A stretch of 64,000 nucleotides of DNA, taken from contig NW_005434642.1 of NCBI RefSeq assembly GCF_000315625.1, forward strand, positions 387,399 through 451,398. The letters are read 5' to 3'. A program made the translations under genes and the position numbers. This stretch comes from Guillardia theta CCMP2712 (taxonomy: Eukaryota; Protista; Cryptophyta). The notes beneath the pieces are model-generated. The model was given only the letters and a program-made list of their open reading frames with translations, was not told the origin of the DNA and did no database searches. Shown piece by piece: positions 35,150 through 47,562 of this stretch (its first letter is position 1; each line of letters starts with the position of its first letter).

Positions 35150-38100
35150 TCCCAATGAAAGCCCTCAGGAGAAGGGAGGAGGGGAGAGGGGGAGAGGAGA
35201 GGAGGGGGGGAGAGGAGAGGAGAGGGGGAGAGGAGAGGATAGTCATTCTTTTATCACATAGATCTAGTGCACCTCTTATGAGTGGAGGAGTGTTATATCA
35301 GTGATCAACAAGGCTAAGGTGAAGCAGTCGCTGAATGAATCGACTGGCATGGACGGAATTAAGCAACTTGCAACAAGTTTGAACGAAGTAGCATCCTCGT
35401 GCTCATGGTATGCTTCATTGAGATCCCTCGAACCCGTCTGATGGATGGACGCACAGGAGGAGTCAGTCGCTAGCAAGCTCGGCCTCGAGGATGGGACGGA
35501 CGAAGCCATGGAAGCTCTTCTACAGCATCGGGGCGATCTTTGGAGCCGTGGGGCTCCTGATCTCATTCGTCCTGCTCTTGCTCAACCTTGTCGTCAACGT
35601 CTGGATCGTTGGCTTCGCTCCTGGCTGTCACTCGGACATCCCAAGGGAACCCTTCGATCACCGGCCGTTGTCGGGTCAGAGGTACACCGTCACGGCGTTC
35701 GTTCCTGGAGTGAACCTCCCCTTGGCCCACGTCGCCTACATCCTCCCAGCGATTCTGGTGTGCCTCGTCGTGCATGAGGCTGGGCATGCGATTTGTGCAG
35801 GTAGGGGAGAGGAGGAGGAGAGGGGGAGGGAGGAGGAGCAGCAGCAGAAGATTATTACTCTTGATGGGAATTTTGGTGTAGGAACCACTACAGGAGGAGG
35901 AGGAGGAGAGGAGGAGGAGGAGGAGGAAGTGGAGGAGGAGGAGGGAGAGGAGGAGGAGGAAGAGGGCTCATTATGATTACAGGGTCGGAAAGAGTGAGAG
36001 TGCAGGACTGCGGCGTCTTTCTGTATTTCATCATTCCCGGAGCTTTTGTTGAGCTCGATCCGGTAGTTGCCATCTACTCTGTTTGAGGTCTATAACGATC
36101 GGTCAGGATCTTCAACATCAAACTCCTTACAAGAGGCAAAGGAGCAATCCTACTATAATCTCAATCATGAAAATCACTGCAGACTGAAGATTTATGCTGC
36201 CGGCCCATGGCACAATGCAGTCCTGGCAATGTTTTGCCTTGTCATGAAGGTGAGGGATCTTTGTTGTCGTCATGTTGCAATAATGTTGCAAGATCTTTGT
36301 TGTCGTCATGTTGCAATCATGTTGCAAGATCTTTGTTGTCGTCATGTTGCAATAATGTTGCAATCTAGATGCTCCTCCCATGGTTGTTCCTCCCCTTCTA
36401 CACCAGTTTCGAGGGCCCTGCCTCGGTCGTCAGCATTCTTCCAGGTTCATACTTCCTTTCCCTTTGCCCTTGGCGTGTACCGCCACCACCACTATCACCA
36501 ACACCACCACCACCTCCTCCTCCTCCTGCTCCTCCTCGCCGCTCCTCCTTCTACTCCTACTCCTACTCCTACTCCTACTCCTACTCCTACTCCTACTCCT
36601 ACTCCTACTCCTACTCCTACTCCTACTCCTTCTCCTACTCCTTCTCCTACTCCTACTCCTACTCCTACTCCTACTCCTACTCCTACTCCTACTCCTTCTC
36701 CTACTCCTACTCCTTCTCCTACTCCTACTCCTACTCCTACTCCTACTCCTACTCCTACTCCTACTCCTACTCCTACTCCTACTTCTTTGTCTTGCTCTGA
36801 TTCCCCACTTCACCTCCTTCTCTAACTCAGCTCATCGTCACGTTTGCAGATTCGCCGCTGAAGCAGCACCTGCACGTGGGCGACGCGATATCTCACCTTG
36901 ACGACTGCCAGGTCCAGCAAAAGGAGGTTTGCGGATTGATCCTGACGATGACTCGTCAGATCGTGGAGGCGGTGAACAAGAGCGGATGGGTCACCTGCCT
37001 GGAGAGAATGAGAGGACGAGTGATGGGCAAAGAGCATGAGTTGAGGAGCAGGAGACTGATGAGTAGAGGATTCTGTGTCGATCCTGTGCTGTGGAGAGAT
37101 GCGCTGGAGATAGATTACTCGACACAAGGTGAGGAGACGGAGGAGGAGAGCAGAGAGGGGGAAGGAGTGCGATGTGAGATGAGACTAGAGATGAAGGTGA
37201 CAGAGATTGTTGTTCTCACCTGATGAGCTTGCCGGCAAAACCCCAGCAGATGGTCAATGCGCGGATGAGGGGTAGACTTTGCTGCTGAGGTTTGCCTTGT
37301 TCTGATTGTTTCGATCGGTAGATGTTGTTGCTAATGCCACTGCAACATCCGGTGAGTCGAAGAGAGAATCTCAGAGGGGAACACAAGAAAATAAGAGAGG
37401 GGTGTGGCTTGTCAAAGTTGACGTTTCTGTTCAGTCGGTGAGAAGTCGAACAAGCTTTGTTTCGTTGAAGGAGGCAACTTTGTGCTGTTTGCTAACCGCA
37501 CAACTTCATCTTACAACGTCACTCGACTGGTGATGATGATTGAACATCTCAATCAGCTCTTCGTTTTTTGACCAGCAACGTCTGTTCAGGCAGGAAGCTG
37601 TCTTTCCCCCCGACAGGTGGTGACTGACAGCAAGAAGAGATGTTACAACCAGGACGATTGCGAGAGGAAAGAGGATGGAGCAGGTAGAGACGATCTACTT
37701 GATATGATGACAATCAAAAGATGAACTTGATGACGATGACGATGACGTCTTCTTTGTAGTCGAGGATGGCTCTCTTACTCTCTGTATCTTCCCTGCGCCT
37801 CCTCTGCCCGATCAGTTTTTGCCCCTCAAAGTCAGCACGCAGTCTGCGAGTGGTCAGCGAACAACGAGCAAGACGATCTCAAATTGAACCTGTTACAAAC
37901 AGACTCTACCAGCAGTCTTGTGCTCTTCTTAGGATCTGCTGAAGATTTGGATCGAGACATCATTGTATCTCCTTACCAGTGATCTTCTGATGTTGTCTTG
38001 TACACACAGATGACTTCATCATGTCAGGTTGAGGAGATGGTGTTTCTTGCAAGTGCTGGCAGCACTAGATCTGCCCCTGGTTGATCGGCTCCAGTGTTAC

Positions 38101-38531
38101 CTGCGATGACGTTGACACGAGCAGGTCGTGCGGAGATTTCTGGCTTACACCATCGCCCTCTCTGTCATCACTTCTTCCTCTTCATGTCACAGAGCGACTA
38201 ACATGACCGCAGTTGTCGGTGTGCGTCTTCAACTTGATGCCTGCCAGTCATCTTGACGGTCAACACACCTTCCTTGTACGATCTCCAATGCCGCTCCACC
38301 TCTCACTCTCGGACAGGCTGTCTTAGAGATAATCGCCGTCAAGCTTGGAATGAGTCATCTCAAGACTAAGAGTGAAGCGCTGGAGGAAATGTGGGACAAC
38401 AAGACACGGTGCGATTGTACACGATACAAGCTCGCTGCTCACTTGCTTGTTCCAGTAGATTTCTGTGGATTTGCAATCATTTATTGGTTGTGTCTATAAT
38501 GTCAAGCTTCATCCGCGCGTCTATGGGATGA
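35150..38531 (+). CDS. MBTPS2: Site-2 protease (M50 intramembrane zinc metalloprotease, MBTPS2-like), multi-exon
   Basis: [15 protein letters not shown] (HExxH), [16 protein letters not shown] and [11 protein letters not shown] (NxxPxxxxDG), plus a Cys-rich luminal insert. The start is uncertain. Confidence 0.88.
36256..36363 (+). repeat. 36-bp tandem repeat x3 forming nearly a whole intron
   Basis: GATCTTTGTTGTCGTCATGTTGCAAT(A/C)ATGTTGCAA three times between the GT at 36250 and the AG near 36368. Confidence 0.93.
36549..36783 (+). repeat. Intronic (CCTACT)n microsatellite with CCTTCT variants
   Basis: About 39 hexamer units visible. Confidence 0.97.
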
Positions 38532-38577
38532 TAATAATGTACATAACTTCAACATGTCTGAATAAAATCTCAACACG

Positions 38578-40259
38578 TCAATCTGCTCTTCTTGATTCTT
38601 CCCAATTCCTCTCCAGGATCGTCAACATTTGCTTCAGCTTCCGTTCAGCAGCAGCTTCTATCTCAGCTCGCGCACTGTACCTCATAATCAGCAAGGAAGC
38701 ATGCGTGTACCAGAAGCACCTGCGAGGAGAACTTGAGCTGGTTGATTCCTTGAAGGCAATCTGTTTGTCAACACGTCACATAACTCAACAACATGTCCAT
38801 CATCCCTGACCTCGTCGATCTGCGGGCCCCGGTGGTCGCGAATGAGAGGACGAGGGGTGCGAGAGCCCGTCCGCCTCAAGCTCCTCTTGCTGCCCCCATG
38901 GGTAGGAGTGAGCGCTGCTTGATTTTCTTCTGACGGAGGGCTCCTTCTCGGAGATGGACGGGGGATTTTCTGCAGCAAGTCATCAACAGATGTTGTTTTG
39001 AAAGTGATTGAGAGTTTCACCATGACAGTCTCCCTTCCTCTCAGCAAAGAGTGCTGAAGCTGGCGGAACAGGCTCAGGCAGAGCTCGAGTGAAAGGAAAC
39101 TCACCTCCCCATCGCTAGTCTGTGACATTCTTGAAGAGCTTCCGTCCTTCAATGATATCTTCGGGACTGGCCGAGCATTCATCAAACGAGTGAGGAGGGG
39201 GTTGCCAGCTACCATGGGGATAGCTTCGCCTCGGAGCTATGGGATCTCCTTTCCTCTTATCGTCTGCTCCCATCTTCCACTCCAAACTTTCCCCCGAGTG
39301 CTGACGCATCACCAGTCTCTTCCGAGGAGTTTCTCCCGTGTTCGGATTTCGACTCTGCAAGGAGAAGAATCAATCATCTTGACACCTTTGACAAGCACTT
39401 GCACGTGTCTCGGGGGTGTACCTTGCTGTCTTCTTGTTGATCATGGCTGATGCGCTCAGAGCTCTTCACTATCTCTCGGCTGGAACAAACATTCAGCATC
39501 TCGAGAATACCACAGACTTGTTACCAGCAGGGTTTCATCCAGCGCATGCATAAATGCAGATCACTCTGATTAGAGAGTGCGTCGTGAGGAACAAGGAGGA
39601 GAGAGTACGTCATGGTACCGAAGATGCTCTTGATGTCTCTGGCCTTGGTAGAGAAGAAGTTGTACTTGCTCGCGATCCCTGCCAGACCGCTCAGGTCTTT
39701 GAGCATGAGAGCAGAGAGCGGTCAGTTCCACCTGCTGCCTTGCCGTCTGTGGCCGCTTGCTCTCGATGTGGTGGATCAAGTCAGCTTGTTTGAAGTTCTT
39801 CCAGACAGCAGGTGCAAAGCAGACACTCTCATGCCTCTTCTTGGCGCTCCCGACAGAGTCCACAGATCGTCTCGACCCTCGTGCTGAACGCACTCCGCTC
39901 CCCTGCCCCTGCTCAACTTTGCCCAGCACACCCTGGCACAATTCCCTGCGATGTCTGAGGTCAGAATTCACCAGAGCAATGCAGGCATGTCTTTCGTACA
40001 TTGTCTGTGAGGAATCCGTGAGGTCCGGGCGATTTCGCGGACACGCTTCTGCTTGTCGAGAAGGTATGTGAACCTCCCCGAGCCCGATCTGATGCAGGGG
40101 CAGCAGAGGGATCGTGGAGGGTTGTAACCCCTCAGCATGCGTGTTCGGCGTCCAGTTCAGGAGCCGAAGGACGCGGCAGGAGCAGCGCCATTGCCGCTTC
40201 TCCTGTTCCTTTCGCCGCGCAACCTTCCCACGCATCAATGCTTCGCTTGCCAACGGCAT
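38578..40259 (-). CDS. Hypothetical multi-exon protein
   Basis: Minus-strand exons with GT-AG introns; last exon ...AAAERKLKQMLTILERNWEESRRAD*; no recognised domain. Confidence 0.5.
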
Positions 40260-40279
40260 GGCGAAGGAGGAGGCGGCAC

Positions 40280-40800
40280 AACCCCCGGTGTAGAGTACAA
40301 GAAGAGGTACGCCCAGGGGGTAGGGTTGTTAGGGGGTGGGCAAAAGGGTTTTGGAAGGGAGGGGGTGGGGTGCTCACTAGGTTATCCAAGGGAGTCGAGG
40401 GGGTGGCCGTAGATAAAATGATCTTTTACTTGAGAGCCCTCGGGGTAGGGGTGGTCATCCGAAGTTGATTAAATGGGAGGGGTACTGCCATTCATCATAA
40501 TATGGGTGGGGTTAGTGTGCAGTAGCATGGGGAGTCCACAGTAGGGGTAGTCATCATTGGGGGTTTATATGAGGAGGTAGGGTGGTAATGGATGTTGACG
40601 TCTACAGTACAAGGGTACCCGTATGTCCCCCGAAGGCGTACCGCACAACTTCCAGTCTTGTACCTAGTATTAGGTCCTGAGCGTGAAGTGTTCAAAAACG
40701 GGCTTGGAAGGGGCCCGGGTTTGGAAGTGTGGGGGTGCCGTGGGATCACGGTCGGCCTCAGCGGGATTGGGGTAGGGTAGTTCTTCAAGCAGCTCGGAGA
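40280..40800 (-). promoter_or_regulatory. GGGTA/GGGTGG word block upstream of a minus-strand gene
   Basis: GGGGTAG words on +, equal to TACCC on the coding strand. Confidence 0.5.
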
Positions 40801-41430
40801 ATCCGACTGAGCCTTTACGGCTCTCCCCGAGAAAGGGTGACCCGGCATGTCCCGGACTCCCGGAGTTCAGGCCCCGGGACTGGCCGGCACTGCCGCAGTC
40901 ACAGCCTTGAGTGAACCGTTGGAACGCGGGGTCCGAGCGACGGTCGGACGGTCCTCGGCACCGCGCCCGGCGTGCCGGCGGGCCGGCGATCGGACGCCGG
41001 GGGGCGCGGTCGGACCATACTAGCCGCTGATGAGTAGTCCCGGAGTCCGATCCCGAGTCCGGCGGCGCCCCGGGCCCGCCGGGCGCGGCTCTGACGACTC
41101 GTGACTCCGGGCGGCGAGGCCGCCCACCGATCACAGCCTGAGAATCGTAGGCGTGACTCGGACTCCTGAGCCTCAGGCAACTGGACTGCCAGACTCTGAG
41201 AGTAAATCAACTTGCTTGCAAGTTTGACAAGATCAGACTCAGTTGAAACAAGCGGCGGCTGAGTCGAACTGGCATGTGCCGATGACACCAGTTCCCGCTG
41301 ATGATACCGCCCGGCGGGGGCCGGGCCCGGAGCGGGGGCCCGGCGCGGCCCTCCGGGCCCGGCCGGCGGCGGCCACTTCAGTGAGGCCGCCCCCGCAGCC
41401 GACTGGCAGTCACAGGGGCCTGTGAGTCGT
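40800..41430. other. CpG-rich palindromic word island
   Basis: Same vocabulary; CCATACTAG near 41015. Confidence 0.6.
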
Positions 41431-41515
41431 TGAACTCTCCGGGGTTTAAAAACCAAGGTGGCACGTTTATGATCCACCCGGACTTGACTGAGGCTTTCAG
41501 CTCGCAGCTCTTGCA

Positions 41516-43057
41516 CTATATGGACATCATTCCCAGCGATTCCTTGGCTCCTTCCCCTTTTCCGAAGAAGGAACCGGTTGCTGAGGGTCCGTACTTCTTG
41601 CTGCCCTTGGCCTTGAAAGCCTTGACACAAACCAATGTAAGCCCTCTAGACCAGCAGCGCCGAAGATGACTTACCATGATGAGCCCCTTAGCCTCGTTGT
41701 AGGCAGCAGAGTAGGCACTGCTGGCCATACGCATCTCCGAGCCCCGGATGATGGCTTCTCCAACCTGCACACACATGTTTACTGAGTTGCCTTCCTTGAC
41801 CTCTCGCTTCCACCATGATCGAGGAATATCCCTCATCACGCAGAGTCCAAGCGACCAAGGTTTCATTGCAACCTCCCATAGCTGTTACGTGCACTCCCTC
41901 GGGAACCTGCAATGCACATGTAAGCACACGAGTATATCTCCAGAAGAATTCACACCTCCTTGACAAGACCGAACACAGTCTCTTCAACAGGCACGCTCCA
42001 GGTACGGAGTTGGTAGTCCACAGGATGCTTCAATTGGAACGTGTCCATGTCTCTGTTGGAAATGCCAACCTGTGTTGGGCACAGTTAACCCGCCACTGCA
42101 TTTCTGCATTCAGAAGCAGTGTCTTCTACCATCTTTGCTCCAGCTTCGATTGCAATATCAAGCTCCGCCTTGTTGTGCACTTCAACGAGCGCGTCCATTC
42201 CCATTCTGTCAGCAGAAGCCACCATGTCCTTGGTGCTGGTTCCCAACAACGCCGCGTTCAGGCAGACAGCATCGCAACCATAAGAAGCAGCGAGAGCTAG
42301 CTGAGCCTCGTCGATGAAGAAATCATAGGCCATCACCTGATCAAGGACAAGTTCAAACAGGGCAACGAATACTTTCCGACTTACCGGCAGCGGTCCAGGG
42401 AATTTCCCCTTGTAGCGAGCTTGCTGCCCAGCTGCTTTCTTGAGAGATTCCCAGTCTGTACCATAGAATTCCTTGTCTGTGCACACGGCAATGGCAGCTG
42501 CTCCTGCAGTCAAGACAAGTCAATGACAACATGCAACATCGCGAGGGCAAACAAACCAGCTTCATAGCAATGAGCGCTCAAGACATCCACAGCAGGCAGG
42601 GAGGCAAAGCTTCCAAGGGTCGGAGCCTTTGTCTTGATCTGAGGGACAACGCTGATGGTACCCTTGGGTTTTTTGACTGCCCTGATCGCAGCCCACCATC
42701 AGCATTTAGCTTGCATGGAAAGAAGAAGCAAGGGGTTGCAAGCCGGGAGGAGGGTTACAATGAGGCTCACTTGAGATATCTGTTCTTGTTCGTGGCGCCC
42801 TTCTCTAAGATCTTCGCGGCATCCTCCGGCATGTTTGCCTTGAGCTCCTCCACCTCCTTCATTTTCCGTTCCCTCACTTGCTCAAGCATCGAGCTCCTGC
42901 AACTGAGGGCACCTGACCTTCCTCGCAGCGTCGGCGTTGTCATGGATGAGCCAAACAGTCTAGCATCCGACGTAGACATGGGGAAGAATCGCATACCAGC
43001 AGGACCGACAGACATGAAGCATTGACCAACTTGGACGAAGGCGTAGGCAAGCACCAT
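41516..43057 (-). CDS. Plastid-targeted indole-3-glycerol-phosphate synthase (TrpC)-like protein with catalytic residues lost
   Basis: IGPS scaffold motifs MLEQVRERK, GAAAIAVCTD, DFFIDEAQL, ALVEVHN, GISNRD and VGEAII; N-terminal signal ending GQC-F. Confidence 0.85.
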
Positions 43058-43449
43058 GCTTGCCCCGAATCGCTTGCCTGCAACAATTCGAACCGTCGTC
43101 ACCCCGTGACGACTTTACTTGCACATGCGCATTCCATCAAAAGGCAACAGACACAAACACAACTGCATCTTCAAGGACTTCCTTCATTCACTTCAAAGAA
43201 GCGACAGCATGATACGCTTCCGACGGCAATAGAACTGTCCTGACCAAAACGGGACTACCCTCCCTCCCTAGACTCTCCAGGCGTACAATCCTGAAAGCAG
43301 CATTTCCTCCCTTGCGACTCACAGCAGATCAAACAAGCAGCATGATCACTCCTTCCACTTCATCTCTCCATCTCTCCATATCCTCGACTTTTCCTTCCCT
43401 TCGAGATGCTCTTCCCTCACCTGGCGCCATGGCGAACGGAGGCCGTGAT

Positions 43450-43640
43450 CAGAACCGGGTGGGGTGGGAGCCCTTTGTAGAACTGGGTAGGTGGTATCTG
43501 AGAGGTAGGGGTAGGTGATTAGCCCGGGATTTTGGGAGGTAAATGACGGGGTTGTATATCGCAATCTCTCACCAAAGGGGGGTAGGGGTCAAGACTGAAT
43601 GTGTGTTGAGGGTAGGGGTGGGTGGGGATGGGGGATGCGG
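43450..43640 (-). promoter_or_regulatory. GGGTA word block upstream of the IGPS-like gene
   Basis: GGGTAGGTGG, GGGGTAGGGG and GGGTAGGGGTGGGTGGGG. Confidence 0.5.
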
Positions 43641-43946
43641 TATGAGCATGGAAAGAATTCTGTTCCATATTACCTTCGAACCAGGTCCAGATAATACAAA
43701 TTTCTAGCTTTAATTTGAAAATATAGAGAAAGATATGGAGCAAATTTTTGAGGTATGCTGAGATGGTCACCCAGTTTCGCGGTCGCCTCCCATCAAACTT
43801 GACTCTGTGATGGTCAGGATCGACTCCGAGAACGGACTTGCGTTGAGAGGAACTTGAACATGGGGGAGAGGCGCTGCTAAGGTGTTGGCATGCCAGGATC
43901 AGGCAAACCTCTCTGGAACCACCTCACTCGGAACCTTCAGACAACG

Positions 43947-45950
43947 ATGCTGAAGTTGTTGAGATGCAGAAGAATGATGATGATTGCATTGTTTGCCCTC
44001 GTTGCCTCAGCGAGAGCACTCGCTCCCGGAAGCGATCCGCTGCCAGCCGCCACGACTGAGTCCTCAGATCCGAGGACAGAGAGACACTGGAGCACAAGCG
44101 AGCTCATGGAACAATGTCGATCACAGATCGACGACATCCAAATATGCAACCAGCTCATCCAGGCATGGATCTGATCATGAGCTGATGGCAATCGCCAGCG
44201 TACCTCTGACTTTGCACAGAAATACCTCAAGAAACAACAAGTGAAGTGGAGCGCGTTTGAAAGCACAACTGAAAGGATACCATGGGATCAACCGGAGTTT
44301 CCTGCTGAAGAAGCAAAGGGTGAGGAGCAGCATGCCTGCGGCGCTGCTTCTGCTTCTGATCCTTCTTCCTAGCCCAAGTGAACGACATGCCCGTTCCTCC
44401 TCCCGAGCCTGTGAAGGAACGTTTAGATCAGCATCTTGAGAATGAACCGTCTCCAGCACCAGAAGCTCCTGGTCTCCCTAAAAGGATGAAGTGCTCCAGG
44501 ACTTATTCGTGCGCAGAAACGGCGCCGACTGTGCTGGTGGGGGATGGGATCGTAGTGGATGAGAGCGGGTCGTACTGGTACTCGTACAGGTGACAAAGCT
44601 TGAAGCGACATCCCTCTTGTCTTCTCTCTAACGCAAGGCATCGAAGATCCCCGAGGAACAGCTACGAGGAGGCAAGAGTAATGGTGAAGTTGGAAGATCG
44701 TGTCATACAACAGGCTGAGCGACTCTCGATGCAGGTCAAGGGCAGGAAGGTGTCGGTTCAAGGCACATGGAGCGACGAAACAGTCGCGCTGGATCTCAGG
44801 TACCTCCCCGAGCATGTTATGACCGTGCGCTCAGCTCCTGCCAGTGCGATGGAGACGTTGAGGATTGAGAGTCAGCCAGGTCTTGTCGCCACCGCATGTA
44901 GGGGGAGGATCTTCTGTTGACTGTCATTTGTCAGCGATGCTACGGCATGTCGACCGGGGAGTCTGGATCATGTGGCTGGTGTTGTCGCACCGCGCAGATC
45001 GGTCGGTTGAGCAGAGGGAGGCGGCTGGTCACTCAAGGCTGCTGCAGGCAGGTGTGCACCAACGAGACCGAGAAGGTTGCTGCGGATTGGGAGGAGAAGG
45101 CTGGGGAGAGAATGAGAGCATTTGCCATCGCGGAATCGGAGTTTCCTGAGGGTCCTTTCAAGCTCCGCAGCCAGCTCTTCTTCGACGAGCGGCTGATCTC
45201 CCTCCGATGCTGCAGAGATCTGATGCCAATCGTTGACGATGAGGAACGGCCACATGAACCTTGCTTGTTCTTGTCCGTTGACGAGCTTGCCTTCAGTTTG
45301 CTTACCTTGTCTCAAGCTCCCGCAAATCGGAGAAACAAGGGGAGGGAGAGTCAGACTCCGACGGCAAGCCGCTGGTGATCCTGCTGGACGACGATCTAGT
45401 AGGAATCAAGACTGCATGGTCTGTTTTCATTTCGTGCGGTAGAATCGCTACTGAGATCACCACCGGACCCTCAGGTCCCTGCCGGGGACCTCGGGAAATC
45501 CGATCAGCATGGCGAGGAGCGGAGATCTTTGGTAGACGCAAGGGACAGAAGAGCGTTTACTGACTTGCTGTGCCGTTCAGGTATCTGTTGACAACAACCA
45601 GTCGTCCTGATCGGAATGCCTTGAGTCTGATCGATCTGATTCGACACAACGACGTGTGGACTTCGCCTGCGTTAGGAGCAGGTGTCATGAATGAACCTGC
45701 TCAAGTTTCAGCTGGAGTTCTCACCCCGCCAGCAGGACAAGTGTGGAACCACTCGGGCCAGCCAATCAGCAGAAAGATGAACCCTGAGAACAGCTCCCTC
45801 TCGCTGGCAATCAACATCCTTGTCAACACGCGGGTGATGTTTCACATGTCTTCTTCAAGTTCGCCTGAAACCTTCGCACTAGGTGGGTTGCATGCAGTTT
45901 TTATTCGCTAACGGGCACACGTACTTGAGATGCGGATCAGCAGAAGACCT
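43947..45950 (+). CDS. Hypothetical secreted multi-exon protein
   Basis: Signal peptide MMMIALFALVASARA; a series of plus-strand exons with short introns. Confidence 0.5.
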
Positions 45951-46128
45951 GCTGCCTGGTGCAAGGCTGATGTAGCCGAGGGCAGAGTTCTTCATCTTCA
46001 TAGCCATATTTGTTGCCGTCATCGTCATCGTCGTCAAAATCACTGGTGCTCGACATCAAGCTTGTTGCGATATCCATGTAGTCAACACGTGGTTGTTCGT
46101 GTACAAGTGCACGTCGATCCTCGTCAAT

Positions 46129-46959
46129 TCACTTCCGCGCCGTTCGATGAGCACTCCTCCCCCTCCAGTCAAGAGTGTTCCTGATCTCAGCATCCTTCTG
46201 CCGCAGTCGGCTCACAGCCATTGACAGTGACGCGATGTTCGCCTCGTCCCGCTGCATCCTCTGGGACAGCAGTCCTGCGGCCACGTTCTCTGGGAGAGGA
46301 TGGAAAGTCGTCGTCTCCAACGGGGGCTGAGCGCGGAGGAGCGTCTTTGCGGGCGTCAGGACACTTCGCTTCTTCCTGATCACCCCTGACTCCGCCATTT
46401 GCGTCAAGGTCTGAACAGCGTTTTTGATCTTTCCTCTCGCCTCGTCGGACTTCACCCTGGAGAGCTGCTGGTCACGTAGGATCTGGTTGGCGATGCGGTC
46501 GACATCCGAGGTCAGCTGTTGGCTTTCAAGTTGCTTCCTCCGTCTTGCCCTAGCTACTTCTTTCTGCTTCAAGAAGGTTAATTGTTTGCTCGCATCCTTG
46601 TACTCCTTCATCGCCACGTCCGCCATCTCCTCGGCCTGCGCTCGCTCCTCCTGCGGACTTGCGTTGCTCCTCCGCTGAGTGACATAGTTCCTCCATCTCA
46701 ACAGCTGCCCAACATGAGACTGTGCTACATGCTGGGCATACAGGTAAGCACTCTGATCAGCAGTTGGCATAAAGTCCTGTCGGTTCTGGAACCTGTCGGC
46801 CATGTCGCTAGCACTTGTGTACCTAGGATACTTGCCATGGTAGTGCGGAAGGACGTCGAGGAGATTGACACTTGCTGGGAGCCGATGATGCAGTACCAGC
46901 ACTGTAACCATCAATGCCAGACTGATCACCAGGCCTTGATATCTAATGATCTCCTTCAT
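46129..46959 (-). CDS. Hypothetical signal-anchored coiled-coil protein
   Basis: 276-aa ORF with an N-terminal hydrophobic helix (LVISLALMVTVLVL) and a Q/R/A-rich helical body. Confidence 0.7.
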   Translation of the reverse strand: MKEIIRYQGLVISLALMVTVLVLHHRLPASVNLLDVLPHYHGKYPRYTSASDMADRFQNRQDFMPTADQSAYLYAQHVAQSHVGQLLRWRNYVTQRRSNASPQEERAQAEEMADVAMKEYKDASKQLTFLKQKEVARARRRKQLESQQLTSDVDRIANQILRDQQLSRVKSDEARGKIKNAVQTLTQMAESGVIRKKRSVLTPAKTLLRAQPPLETTTFHPLPENVAAGLLSQRMQRDEANIASLSMAVSRLRQKDAEIRNTLDWRGRSAHRTARK

Positions 46960-47562
46960 CTTGCAAAGTCAAAGATTGTCTTCTTCTTCCTACTCCTTCC
47001 TCCTACTCCCTCGTCCAACTCCTTCCTCTTGTCCTTCTTGTCCTTCTTCCTCTTTCTCTTCCTCTTTTTCCTGTTCTTGTGTGTTTCGGTTACTTTTCCC
47101 TCTCCTCCTGCATCATCATTTCTTGAAGCGGCAACACCACCCACTGTTGTAGCACCCTCCATGAATGGTACCTACCCCTACAAACTGTGCCATAATCCCT
47201 TTGATAGTACCGGTAAAGTTTATTTCATGTACTCCCCCACCCCTATTCAATGATCTCTTTCGGGTAGGGCGAGCGGACTGATTCCTTCATGGCAGCTGCC
47301 TGAAGACAGACGAGCCAACCCACCCAACCCCCCCTCATCTGCCCCCTGCTCTCCTCCCCTCCTCCTGCCTTCCTCCTTCCTTTCCTTATCCTTCCCCTCC
47401 TCTCCCATCTCCCTCCACCCTCTCCCATCTCTCCGTATCCCCAACCCCGATACCGTTTCTCTCCCTTTTCACTTCTCTTTTCTCTACTGGTTTCTCCCAC
47501 CTGATTCCTCTTGTCCTCCTGGGTATACTCGCATCCTCCTTTGCCTGCGCTGACCTGGCACC

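Noticed and set aside
36369-36901. ORFs encoding poly-SY, poly-PT, poly-L and poly-RS
   Set aside because: All are translations of the (CCTACT)n microsatellite inside an S2P intron.
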